Source: Cyanidioschyzon merolae (lineage: Eukaryota). Taken from it: a stretch of 64,000 nucleotides of DNA. Location: NCBI GenBank assembly GCA_000091205.1, contig AP006494.2; one strand, 5' to 3'. Positions 41,301 to 51,313 of the stretch are shown one piece after another (position 1 is the stretch's first letter; every line of letters starts with the position of its first letter). Made by a program: the position numbers and the translations under genes. Under the pieces are notes generated by a model that was given only the letters and a program-made list of their open reading frames with translations, did no database searches and had not been told where the DNA came from.

Positions 41301-43156
41301 CCCCTGGAAATGCTCCAGCCTGGAGCTCGACAGCCATGCTCGTCAAGAAGTTTGCTCGCATGATGGCAGCACAGTGTGAACAGGAGCGTTGATCGACTAG
41401 AGAGTTCTTCCGACGGGAGTACCGCGCAAACCTGGAAGCAGGCGCGGAGTCGCAACTGACTTGAATCGCTCGTCACGAGACGCCCCGGCTGGGGTGCGTC
41501 TTGCGTCCAGCGTCGCGATGACAGCGGCGATGCCCAGGTTTGCCCGGCGGGTCCGCGCGCTGCGTCACCGTACGCGAGCGAGGCGCCCGGTTGGACCGCG
41601 ATCCCGGCATCCGCTGGTAACTGACGGTCACCGGATTTCTTTTCCAGGACTGCACCGTCACAGCAAATGCATTCTACCACATAGTCCGCGAAGCCGGAAA
41701 TGCGCAACGCCTCTGCGTCTTCCCAAAGGACGGCGTTCTCGTCGGCAGAGCGCACTGCGGCTGCGAGGACGCGCCCCAGCACCTGCAGCATGCCACGCAA
41801 GGAGCGCAACGCGAGGAGATTCAGCTCGAGGAAGTACGGCTGTGCGATGCATCGTTTCAAAAAATCCGACCATGGCGCCGACAAGGCGACCCGTCGCCAC
41901 CCGACGAATAGGTTCTCGGAATGCATTCGAGGTTGCACCTTAGCTATGCGCTGACACATGACGCTCGACATGGAGAGCACATTGGCGGCGTCGGCTGAGC
42001 AGGCACACCGCAGCGCTCGATGTGACACGAGTTGCATCAGTCGAGTGCAACATGAAAGCGCCGTCTCGGGGCTCATATACGCTCCCAGAGCTTGCATGAG
42101 CAGGCGCATGGTGTATAAGACACGCGTCGTCGCATTCGCCGCCTCGATGGCGGTTTCCCGATCTTGGCTACACTGAAGAAGCAGCTCGTGATCGAGGAAG
42201 GCGAGCAGCGCCTCAAACGCATCACGGCAAACGGTTCCGAGACGCTCGCGCCAACTAGCTGAATCAGAGACGGGCCCGGTGACGGCCGCTCGATAACCAA
42301 AACGGCACTGCTGCATTGCGACTAGCGGCTGACCAGCCTTCTCCCGGCACTGGGCGACTGCCACAAAGAATTGCAGAAAAGCACGCATCTCATGCCATAC
42401 GCCGTCCAGGCTGGCACAATGATGAGCAACCCCAACGAGGTATACGGTTTCCAGGGTGGAGGCGTCACCTTCAGGCCGCGCTCTCGAAATCTGCTGTGTG
42501 CATTTGGACGTGACGCAGCATCCGCTCATGGCGTTGTGAAGGTCAAACGCCCGGCTCGTGATCTGACAGAGCACCTGCAGAAGCGACGTGGTCAGGGCCC
42601 TCTGGCGACTGCTCGGTTTCAACGCTCGCTGCGTGGCCTGCTCCATTGGCGGCGGATTTGGTGCAAGCTCGGCACTGCCAGCAGCTACCGCAGTTGCGAT
42701 GCCATGAATCAGATACGCCAGCGCCTCGCCAAGCGCCGTGGCAGTAGCAGCAGCAGCAGCAGCAGCAGCCATGGAACCCTGCGACATCCCCAACGTGCCA
42801 TCCAAACCAGCAGGCGACTCGAGGAGCTCTAACCAGTCCAGGGCATACTGCAGCCTTGTCGCTGCACCCCGGTGATGCTCATCGGCGAGCACACGCACGA
42901 AGCACACAACACAGGGCTGTGCAGGCGCCAACGATCTTGAGCGCGAACGTGCAGCTCTTTCCAAGATCAGCCAACGACTTGGCTCTCCTGGATGCAACTT
43001 TTCGCACTCGTTCGAGTGGCTTTCCATCGAAGAAACCCCAGCGAAGTTTGATGTGTTTGTGAAAGCAACCCGACACAAAGACCTGCAATGACACGAGCGC
43101 GTACACACTCCAGAAATGCGTGCATGGAATACAAAACAAAGTCTGCAGCGCAGCAC
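38396..43156 (-). CDS. Giant hypothetical protein, 1586 aa, alpha-helical with long poly-Asp/His/Asn acidic tracts
   Basis: Single uninterrupted 4.76-kb ORF on the minus strand with host codon usage. Leu/Ala-rich predicted helical repeats throughout. Acidic tracts at VDDDDDDQHDDIVDDDGDGGAGGDVGGDDDDNNNN and LLHDDDDDDASTGD. No family recognised. Large antisense ORFs within it are shadow ORFs. Confidence 0.5.
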   Translation of the reverse strand: MLRCRLCFVFHARISGVCTRSCHCRSLCRVAFTNTSNFAGVSSMESHSNECEKLHPGEPSRWLILERAARSRSRSLAPAQPCVVCFVRVLADEHHRGAATRLQYALDWLELLESPAGLDGTLGMSQGSMAAAAAAAATATALGEALAYLIHGIATAVAAGSAELAPNPPPMEQATQRALKPSSRQRALTTSLLQVLCQITSRAFDLHNAMSGCCVTSKCTQQISRARPEGDASTLETVYLVGVAHHCASLDGVWHEMRAFLQFFVAVAQCREKAGQPLVAMQQCRFGYRAAVTGPVSDSASWRERLGTVCRDAFEALLAFLDHELLLQCSQDRETAIEAANATTRVLYTMRLLMQALGAYMSPETALSCCTRLMQLVSHRALRCACSADAANVLSMSSVMCQRIAKVQPRMHSENLFVGWRRVALSAPWSDFLKRCIAQPYFLELNLLALRSLRGMLQVLGRVLAAAVRSADENAVLWEDAEALRISGFADYVVECICCDGAVLEKKSGDRQLPADAGIAVQPGASLAYGDAARGPAGQTWASPLSSRRWTQDAPQPGRLVTSDSSQLRLRACFQVCAVLPSEELSSRSTLLFTLCCHHASKLLDEHGCRAPGWSISRGVHQQQSRFLLELLTVLRKLVKTTGIPCHEQVIRQFAALVSDLSQQRQRAGIGCSAPIRHALRGMFGALAQRLRIAECTRCPAADQERVFASCLLQQLQRGIGADQGRSLLETLYACDKFRDLVESAAQVASAASGSAALARSFIVETLPTCVLHRAAVEASGFADTGTVTALDASGEQGPSPAASTRHREHQRRVRERHATGRMPAVDDDDDDQHDDIVDDDGDGGAGGDVGGDDDDNNNNHVFSCAQTSVAPRLWCWWLIRIWPILQPLGKNLEECHRLIRAAQHPILLWRISFLALHTEPSRTELLPAIASVLHSLMRCLCNLPCIRYEAVLPVVCSEDEARTPRRVLLHDDDDDDASTGDAASSFVTGEALVESLAAMRTLLGYTAASSPSVPCTPLAWYAQVQRTLLEKRARQAVRSVLAQPTGSQRFHKCFAGRQPELFDWLDALSVSRMPETSADLFPGTEVRGQSAQTTWKDNVIFLWMHWAGSRLPVNLVSWLLEQVPLHEWMMATSSEATEAVSESWRVHAIAAAIRQRAAPWRHWRQVLLLTLRTNDRARFVQFADAWFRSLPGQCPNASETQALMDAIHRSQVLPWLLSGLHASLDRPGAPDARPLQVPDTLHRQDYARRMALVRVAGALLWDELRQRVRRAAHPAGTSQLVSSRSDLAAHLCELAASEYALGPADLLSALSAMQALALTLVQTDADAGDAAERASAYLGHMGRSVASWLQQVSGQDHDARSPCQELVLVGCLGFVAIIGAASTVRRASTLHALRVVTGAVAGGEPAASPWCFWLRILWNAPPFSRVQLLALWILYIFLRWRVLSVENAQDLVLLHGLGCWLYTEREAAMMHVRDADSESSQSTEEAIPWAAEFLALIGVLSAALVQVLESGTGRDANLDAMQRASATSLRLLTTSPGDESAASAGTGDGWTKQELASTVSHRLLWHVAALVESPLHVIRDAERRK

Positions 43157-43191
43157 GCATTATAGACGCTGATGCGTGCGCTGATGGAGAC

Positions 43192-43263
43192 ACGTCATTT
43201 AGCGCACGCATGAACGCACGCATGAACGCACGCATGAACGCACGTCATTCAGCGCACGCATGC
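43192..43263. repeat. Nested short tandem repeat: 3 x 12-mer (GAACGCACGCAT) flanked by a 21-bp direct repeat
   Basis: acgtcatttagcgcacgcatg aacgcacgcatg aacgcacgcatg aacgc acgtcattcagcgcacgcatgcg. The ORF track shows it as MNARMNARMNAR. Confidence 0.8.
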
Positions 43264-46200
43264 GTAAACTGCGATCGCATGGAATGCGCAACGTGCTCAG
43301 GTGCCAGCCGGATTCACCTTCTGTGTGTGTGTGATCAGCAAAACGACAAACGTTCTACGACCATGACGGGTAAATATAAATACCCTTTCACAGACGCATC
43401 CTAGGCTTATTTGACCCGCCGACTGCTATCGAGTTCAGTTTTTCCTTCTAAACTTCGAGCCTGAGAGGCTGTACCACCAAGTTGGCTCGCGTCAACTCCG
43501 CGGGTCTCTTGTCTTTGGCACCGCGCATCGACTTGTATATTAATCGAGGCGTTGACGTCTCGGCTCACGAACTCTTTCCGTGGATTGACGCAGGTTGAAT
43601 CCATCAGTGCAAGAAATGTTAGAACTCGTGCGCTCTCTGCCACTGCAGTCTCATCGTTATCCTGTCGGGCAAACATCTTTCCTCGCCTATCTATCCTCTA
43701 CTTCTTCTATGTCAATTGCTCTTCTTCGCTCGATAGTCGACGACGCGAACATGTTTCGTTCTTCTCTGGCATCCGGCAATGACGGCCGTTCAGGATCCTC
43801 GACGTGCATCTCCAGACCTGTCTCTTAGATTCTTAATATCTTCAAATGAACGCGCTCGGAGCGCAGCTGCTGTAAACCGCGGAAAAGTATTTGATGACAC
43901 GCACCTAAGCTTGGAACATACTTGAGATGATTGACTAGAAAAGCGCACTGAGCGACTGAGACGCTTCTGCTTGCGGGCTGCTCAGTTGCATGGTGGCATG
44001 TGTGTGCGGGCTTCTCATGCTCGAACAGGGCGCACGTGCGCATCTATACTTCATGGGAGCGACACACGCGCGACGCTGAATCAAGCGAGTCCCGCGGGGC
44101 GCTGCTATGGAAGGGCTGGCGAAGCCGCTCGGCGATAGCTCACTCGTGGCGTTTTAGCAGCGACACCAGCGGCAGCTGCGACAGATACAAGTGCATGTAA
44201 TTGATGCGGGTGGCCATGTGCTCACTCGGACGCCTCTCGAGGCAGGTGTTGCGCGTTGGGACGTCCGGTCCACGGTGCCGCAGGTACCACGAGGGTATCG
44301 TTGCATAGCGTCTGAAAGCACGCGCACTCTTGGAACAAGTCACTGGTGTTGCAGAAGTATTTGCTGCGTGTAAACGCGAACTCTTTTGAAGTCTCGTGTG
44401 CGTGTAAATACCACGGTACTTCTGTAGAGCGGGCAGCGCGACCTCCACGTGACGTCTTTCTCACAGCGCCTGACCTGAACGGCACTGTCCAGGCGGACGA
44501 AAGCTGGAATACCCGTGTGCGGCTTTGCTTCCTTGCGTTAGTCGGGTCTGCTCGAGCTCACGGTTGCACAGGTCCCGTCAATACTGCTCAGTCGTTTCCC
44601 AGCGACCGCGGTATCACCAAGGTCGCAACACGTCGCCCCAGGCGTCAGCATTGTGTGCACGATTGGTCAAATCGACAGATCGATCAGGCACCTCGTCCGG
44701 TGTCCGATGAACGTGGCGTACTGGACTGCTCGCTGAGTTCCTGCTGTTCGATCTCTTTTCTGAACATTTATGAATGCACGTTCGCAGCACTCCATGTACA
44801 GAAGACAGGAATTACGGATTCATACGTGGTTTTAGGATTCGTGATCATCCTTTGGGTATGCCTATCGACGAAACCGCACGCTATACCCTCTTGATATCTC
44901 GCGCGGGAAACGTACGCAGAGGTGTACATCTCGTCTATTTGCATGAAAACAGGGGTTCTTGGACCCGGAGTTTATTAATCGCAGCGATTGTGTCTAGCGA
45001 GGAACGCATCACGATTGTGCTTAAAGCGAGTTTAGAAAGATCGAGATTTTCGCACTGGTTCTTTAGGTTGGATGCCCTTCCAGTACTTGTCATATCATGG
45101 ACATGCTATTGTTCCACGATTTCTCTATGTGATGTACCAGTGTGCGCGTGGGTTTCCACAGGATACAGTACTCGTCGACGGGCCACTCAGAGCAATTTGG
45201 TTACTGTGGAATACGACACTAGACGCGGGCGCACACGAGGCCATCGCGGGCAGCCTCTCTCCTTGTCACCGGAATGTACCGAGCGATCATGCAAACGTTC
45301 ACGCGTTACAGCGCGACGAGTACCAGGAGGACGAGGACCGGTGATCATGGACATATGGGATGCTGATTACATTCAAGTGTCACTACTGCGAGTGGCGCAC
45401 CGAGAATCTATCGAAAAAAAGACGAAAATGGCAAGCAGAGTGTAGATAACAACTGCCGTCTGTGCATGAAACGCGTTGTCAATAACCGGAAACAGGACAA
45501 AATGTACCTTAACAATGCCATCGACGTTCTTCCACTGCTTCTAGTGAAGCTTGGTACCAGAAGAGACCTGTTTATTTCAAGCCTGACGATATGTAAGAGA
45601 AACGGAAACTGTCGAAGAACAATCCCACAAATCCTAATAGTTATGACAACGAGAAGAACTGAGTTTGAAACGCGTACACCCGAGTTCGATTCCCCGTTCC
45701 ATTTTCTCCTGAAGCAGCTGTCGTGGAACGTGGCAGAGGTCTGGAACGCGACCGCGGGCGCTGCATCATTGATCAGAAGCCTCACTGATAACCAACGCGT
45801 ACTTGGAAATCCCTGGTCAATGTAAAACGCTCTCCAAAACGATGGAAAATGGATCTGGTGCTAGAAGCAAACCTTTCCTGAAACAGTGCAGGCATCGACA
45901 TCTCGTACGCGCTGTACTGTGGAGGTTGCCAGAAGAAAGAAGCGCGCCCCAGTTCGGCGCGACGCAGCGCCAAGCAATGTGAGCGGGCGTTGCGCTCAGC
46001 GTCCAGCATTCTACTTGCCCATGTTAGCGAGGCAGCCAACACGTTTACGTCTAGAGCCATTGGATCTGGAAACCCTCGATAGGGTGATTCAGAGACGGCA
46101 CGAGGAGCGGGCTATTCCGGAGCGAGCGACGCGGGACTTGGCGCCGGCCGAGCAGGACAGGACACTAGCTTCTGGCAGGGCGAGCGTCTCCGCCGGTCCA

Positions 46201-46495
46201 CCGGGCGTTGGCGGTAAGCTGCTGCCGCGTGGTGCAGGTCTGACGACGCGTCAGCGCATCGGTCTTGAATAGCGCGCTCTGCAAGCTTTCGGTAGCTCGC
46301 ACTCCGCTCGACGCTTGAAAGGAAACCGCGCGACCTTGTGCAGTGTTGGAGCTCCGCGGAAGCGCCTCCGAAACGGCGCGTCGGGGTGCTCCGGCACAGC
46401 ACCGTTTATGCTCAGGTGCCGCTGAACAAGGCAAGACTAGACTGAACGCACGTGCTTCACGCCGGGATATGATATCTGGGCAGCGCGCTACACCT

Positions 46496-48616
46496 TTATA
46501 CTAGGTCTATCGATGATGCTTGTGACGAGCTTCGGTAGCGACGCTGCGGCCGGCTTGTCCCGGGCCCACGACTAGGGGTCAGTGGCCGCGCAGTGAACGG
46601 CCAAGGTGCCTCGCTCGGTAACCAGCCGCGTCGACTTGCATACGTCGATGCCTGCGGCATTTCCAGCGGTTGGTACGCTCCTTCAGCAGGTGCGTCCGAG
46701 TAGAGCGCCTTGTCAGGGACGGATTCCGACTCAGTGTCCGCTAACCGACCAGCTATGGCATACACCACTTCCACGTAGAGTGCGCCTCCGATGAGGTCCA
46801 ACAAGTAGTGGTGCTGGAGGTAGAGTGCTGCCCACCAAACCCAGAGGGTATAGGCCCAGAGGAACCGGCCTTGCTGGGGCTCGAAACTCGCCATCAGGTA
46901 CGGCCATGCTGCATGGAGACTGGGAAAGGTTCCGAACACAACTTTGCCAGCGGTCGCATACATGGTCCTGTAAAAATGAATCCCAAACGCATCATCAATC
47001 CGATCGAGTAAAGCAGGATCCCCTTTCATCGTATAGTCTGGTGGCCGAAATCCGAACTTTTCATAGTACCATGGCGGAGCAGTTGGCACGAAGAGATGCG
47101 TCAAGACACCAAGTAAGGACACCAGCCCTAGAAGGCGTCCAAACTGCAGAATGCGTCGCGCTGGCGTTCGCCGCAAGATCAACAATGCGATGAATGCGAA
47201 CGGGAGCCCAGCGTGGACGGTATAGGGGAAAGCGGCAAGAAAGTCTAAGAAACTCGCTCCGCGACCGTGATCGTAGCCGAAAAAGAACCATCGATGAGGG
47301 TACAGCAGATATGATTCGAGTATCGGAATCCAGCGTACGTGGATGTACTTTGGTTTCCATGCACTCGGTATCACATCAAAGAAGTTGAACACGGAGAGCC
47401 AGGCGATCACCGGCCATAAGTACCATAGAACGGTGCGTAGCAGAAAAACCGCTTTTGCGGAAAGAGATGAACGCATGGCGAGCTCCTCTCTGAGCGGTGG
47501 CTGTGTACTCACCCCTCTAAATACCGTCTGTAGAAGCCTTGTGCAGTGATCTGCCGCTCGTCCTACCGCTGTCGTACAGCTGTTCCAAGCGCGGTACAGC
47601 CGCGTCTCTCCAGAGGGCGAAAATCGCTCCTCATTGGCATCATAGACACAGAAGCGCGCATTCGATTGCACTGACTCCAAGTCAGGGTTGCCTTCCGTCG
47701 CCGCCGGAAGAAACCTCATTTCCAGCTCTGAATGTCGCGCAGACGAGTGCTCGTTCGCTTCCGCATCCGATGAGCTCGACGCATCATACACAGCTTCAGG
47801 AGTCGAGGATGCGCTGCCCTCGACAAAACTGCTCATCGAGAGCATGCTATCTGCTTTGGACAAGACTAGCGTCCCAGACTGCAACTCTGTTTTTGAGTGC
47901 AACGCCTTGCCGTCATCATCGAAGGAAAACGAACGCCCCGAATGCCCTGAACGTCGCTTACGAGAGCCTCGTTTTCTACTCGGACGTGGCTCGCTATCGC
48001 TACCACTTCCACCGCTAGTCGATGATGTATAAGAAACGCTGCATGGGGAGCGTTCCGGAGGAAAGAATACAAACCTCGCAAGTCGATAACCTAAGAGGCG
48101 GAAGTTGTTCCACACGGAGGACTCGCGGCCTCGCTCCGTGGCGCGGATGCGGCTCTCCGAGCCGTGAACGAAACGCTCGCTCCAGAGCGATTGTGAACGG
48201 CGGCGACCAGTATACAACTCCTGCTCTTTCTCAGGCGCAGTACGCGACGAAAATGACTCGCTGAACGGTTCACCACCAGAAGCCAACAAGTTACCCGTTT
48301 GGACACTCGAGAGTGTGCCAAGCGACGGGTACCTTGTGCGGCCTACCAGCTGTTGTCTCGCTTCAGCGTTTGAGGGATTCCTGTTCCTGCTTGGCGGTCT
48401 CCAGTCCGTCGAAAGGTCAACTATTGTCGAGGGTAGAGATGCGGAGCGGGCGTGTCGGGGTGCCGCCGCCGCCGCCGCCACCGCCACCTCAATGTGTCGG
48501 AACGAGCCCGTTGCTTCGTTTGCAGCTGCGCTCTGCGCTGTTCCGAAAGGCTGCGCGCGCTCGCTGTCATCCAACTGCGTTACTACATAATCATTTTGTG
48601 CTTCCTGAGCGTCCAT
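46496..48616 (-). CDS. AUR1: AUR1-like inositol phosphorylceramide synthase (PAP2 superfamily) with a long disordered N-terminal extension, 706 aa
   Basis: The C-terminal roughly 300 aa has multiple transmembrane segments and the PAP2/IPC-synthase catalytic motifs FGTFPSLHAAWPYL (PS.H) and HHYLLDLIGGALY (H-Y-x-x-D-x-x-G-G), in the order seen in fungal Aur1. The N-terminal roughly 400 aa is a Ser/Arg-rich low-complexity extension. Confidence 0.65.
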   Translation of the reverse strand: MDAQEAQNDYVVTQLDDSERAQPFGTAQSAAANEATGSFRHIEVAVAAAAAAPRHARSASLPSTIVDLSTDWRPPSRNRNPSNAEARQQLVGRTRYPSLGTLSSVQTGNLLASGGEPFSESFSSRTAPEKEQELYTGRRRSQSLWSERFVHGSESRIRATERGRESSVWNNFRLLGYRLARFVFFPPERSPCSVSYTSSTSGGSGSDSEPRPSRKRGSRKRRSGHSGRSFSFDDDGKALHSKTELQSGTLVLSKADSMLSMSSFVEGSASSTPEAVYDASSSSDAEANEHSSARHSELEMRFLPAATEGNPDLESVQSNARFCVYDANEERFSPSGETRLYRAWNSCTTAVGRAADHCTRLLQTVFRGVSTQPPLREELAMRSSLSAKAVFLLRTVLWYLWPVIAWLSVFNFFDVIPSAWKPKYIHVRWIPILESYLLYPHRWFFFGYDHGRGASFLDFLAAFPYTVHAGLPFAFIALLILRRTPARRILQFGRLLGLVSLLGVLTHLFVPTAPPWYYEKFGFRPPDYTMKGDPALLDRIDDAFGIHFYRTMYATAGKVVFGTFPSLHAAWPYLMASFEPQQGRFLWAYTLWVWWAALYLQHHYLLDLIGGALYVEVVYAIAGRLADTESESVPDKALYSDAPAEGAYQPLEMPQASTYASRRGWLPSEAPWPFTARPLTPSRGPGTSRPQRRYRSSSQASSIDLV

Positions 48617-51313
48617 TGGGCACCTGACCAGCTCTCAAATGCAAGCGTAGTTCAGCAACACAAACACACACACGTCGTCCTTGTTGACGTCGCTGCACTG
48701 AAGCCTACGCAGCGTCCCCTGTGCGGCCACCTGAGCACCGCTCTGTTTGCACCCTATTGCCCACCTTCAACGCTTAAGTGCGACAAAATCCACAAGAGCA
48801 ACCTTCGCTCCGTAATGGGACAAGGTGCAGTGACAAGGAGGTGGAATACCTCCTGGTACTTGTTTCACCTCCAGTTCGTGCTCGTCAGCAATCGATATCG
48901 AGCAGTGTCAGAGTGGATTTCATCGCGATACCCGTCGAGGCTTCTGTTTGCGGGCTGGCTCGAGTGCGCACGCGCCTTGTGGCTGCAGCGTACTGTGATT
49001 CGAAGCAGCGGCGGCGGCAGGCGGCGGCAGGCGATGCGTAACGCGAACGTTTGAACAACGGCCGCCGATGCACGCTGAGACGGCGGCGCGATCCGGGGGG
49101 AATGCCCGCGCTAGCACGCATGCCTGTGCAGCTGCTGCGCTGGCGCGATGCTACCATGGAATCGCATGCATCCAGCGAGGATGGACCTCTGCTTGTGTCT
49201 ATGTGGATTTGATATCGATGATTGGGATAGCGTCTATCAAGCCGCGTCCAATGTTCAAGTTCCAGACGCGTAGGCTTGGGAGCGTGCGCACCGGCCTTGT
49301 TATTTTCTCTCATCCCGGTTTTGGTTCGCACTCGGTGCAATAGATAGCAGGTGATCGACATCACAGTGCAATGTACCGTATAGATCGTAGATGAATTGCC
49401 TGTAGGCTATATATGCTTTCGTGAACAGTGCAAGGCGGACTGCATTCCTCCTGCGGGTAAGTCGTACCACAGTAGTCAGATGGTTGAAGAACGCTGAAAG
49501 AAACAAGTAGATGCGCTCAGCGCCGCATACTGGTATTGTAAAAGACCACTTGCGGTCAGCGGCAGAAGAGCGTCTTTTTGATCACCTTACGGCAAGCGAA
49601 AAGCGACGATCGTATCAACCAACGGCGTCTCTGTTTCTAAGTAGCTTGTTCGTGTAGCTCTAAAAACAATGCGATACGATCGCGGAAAAGAGTTCAGTTT
49701 CATACACGGCCATCTTCCACGCAAAACGCAACTATACGAATAGTTCCTGGAACTCAACGATCGGTATGATGCACAGCAAGAACGAAAATAGGCATTCACG
49801 AAGCTCATCGGATGCACTAGAACAAACTTGCACCATTGTCTTCGCGGACGAACATATGCGTATTCTGATATGCGAGTGCACGAGCAGCGCGTCTCTCTTG
49901 TTGGCTACATGCATACATTCATACATGCATGCAAGTAGTAGTTCTCTAGTGGCATCGACCATGTGCGTATGTTCACCAGTCAGGCATTTTTAGGGAACGC
50001 AAACCCGTATCGCAACTCCGCCAGGATCACCTGTCTACCGCTACCTTACCGCGCGATGCAGTATACCACGGTGCTTGGGCCACTTGCAGTGCGTTCGTCC
50101 ACACAGTATGGGCCAAGTCTGGGCATACACGCCATCAGGATATCCGTCCGGCGATATGGAGGGAAAGTTTCAGCGTGCGCGCTTCTACCGCCCAGTCGAA
50201 AGGCACGGGGAACCAGAGTCGCTCGCTGCCCGGATCCCGAGGCCCTGGCGTATTGAAAGACTGCTTAAACTTCGGCACTGAGAACATAGCAGTTGGACTT
50301 TGGCATGGATACGCCAAATTTTAACCGCGATGTTCATAGGGAGCAGGGAAGGCGCCTTGCGAAGAGCCTCACTGGCGAAGCGGCAACATATCCGGCTTGG
50401 TACGAGCACGGGCTACAAGCGCAGCTGGTCGGTTCATCAGGCCCCAAATACAGCGAGGGTAGTCTGCATATCGCCATAAAATCGTTCTCGCCTTGCTCTT
50501 GAAAAAATACCCCTGAAGCTGATCCATTCACTACGTCACATGCATGATATGAGGAGGAACAAATGCGCTTCCCGTTAAACTGCGTGGGCGCGTGCTTGAA
50601 CGGCTTACTGCCTGGGTATCTGCTCGAGTTTCCGCGTGTATGCTTGCGTAGCGGCAATTTGATCAACATTCATGCACCTTGTATTCGGTATTGCGGTGCC
50701 TTGAACGCATTTTCGCTTCTCGAGAAGAATCATTTGGAATCGGTCAGGCGTTTCGCAAGTACTCCTGTTTTGACGCACGACAAAACATGAACGTGGTTCA
50801 ACACGCCTCTTCACCAAAGCTCCCAGGCAAGCTCCAGATTTCAGCTGGGTTTCCAGTTTCAACCCAGGCGCCTTGACGATCGTGAACATGCGGCCTGCAT
50901 CGATAAACAGCAGGAAAAAGGCATAGCGCTCAGATCATCGGCGCGTTCTCGATCGTATCGTTTTTGTGTAGTTCGACGCTCAGTGCTCATGAATGCAACT
51001 TTAGCAAGAGATAGAGATGGGGCTGTTTCAAAGCAGACACGCTTGCGCCATTTTCGTCACCATAACATCCAAAGCGTATCGCCATGGGTAGCGCTCTGAA
51101 ATCACCGCTCGGTCCCTACACACGAACAACAGCTTGCGCCCTTGTTGTAAAACGAGCCATACGAGCCCCGCTGCGTGTCGTTAGTGCGTTCGTACGCGCC
51201 CAGAACCGCTATTCTGTCGGTGCGCTCGTCGACCTGTCGCTTGAGCAAGAACACCAGCAACTGTGCATACCGCGCCACTGCAGTTGTGCTCTCAATCCTG
51301 ACCTGTGCACTGT

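Noticed and set aside
40574-41392. 272-aa plus-strand ORF, with several other 150-270-aa ORFs, lying antisense inside the 1586-aa minus-strand gene
   Set aside because: GC-rich coding DNA generates long stop-free antisense frames. The products are repetitive and low-complexity with no motifs, so they are shadow ORFs. The same applies to 9812..10588 inside IMPDH, 14005..14460 inside the UBX gene, 17707..18363 inside the 16102 gene, 33853..34398 and 34559..35059 inside the AAA gene, 53946..54359 inside the LIM gene, and 28780..29295 inside OGG1.
45682-45693. tRNA T-loop-like string GAGTTCGATTCC
   Set aside because: The flanking sequence forms no acceptor, D or anticodon stems. The putative T-stem halves are both C-rich and do not pair. 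It lies inside overlapping short ORFs in a lower-GC patch. I found no convincing tRNA in the window.
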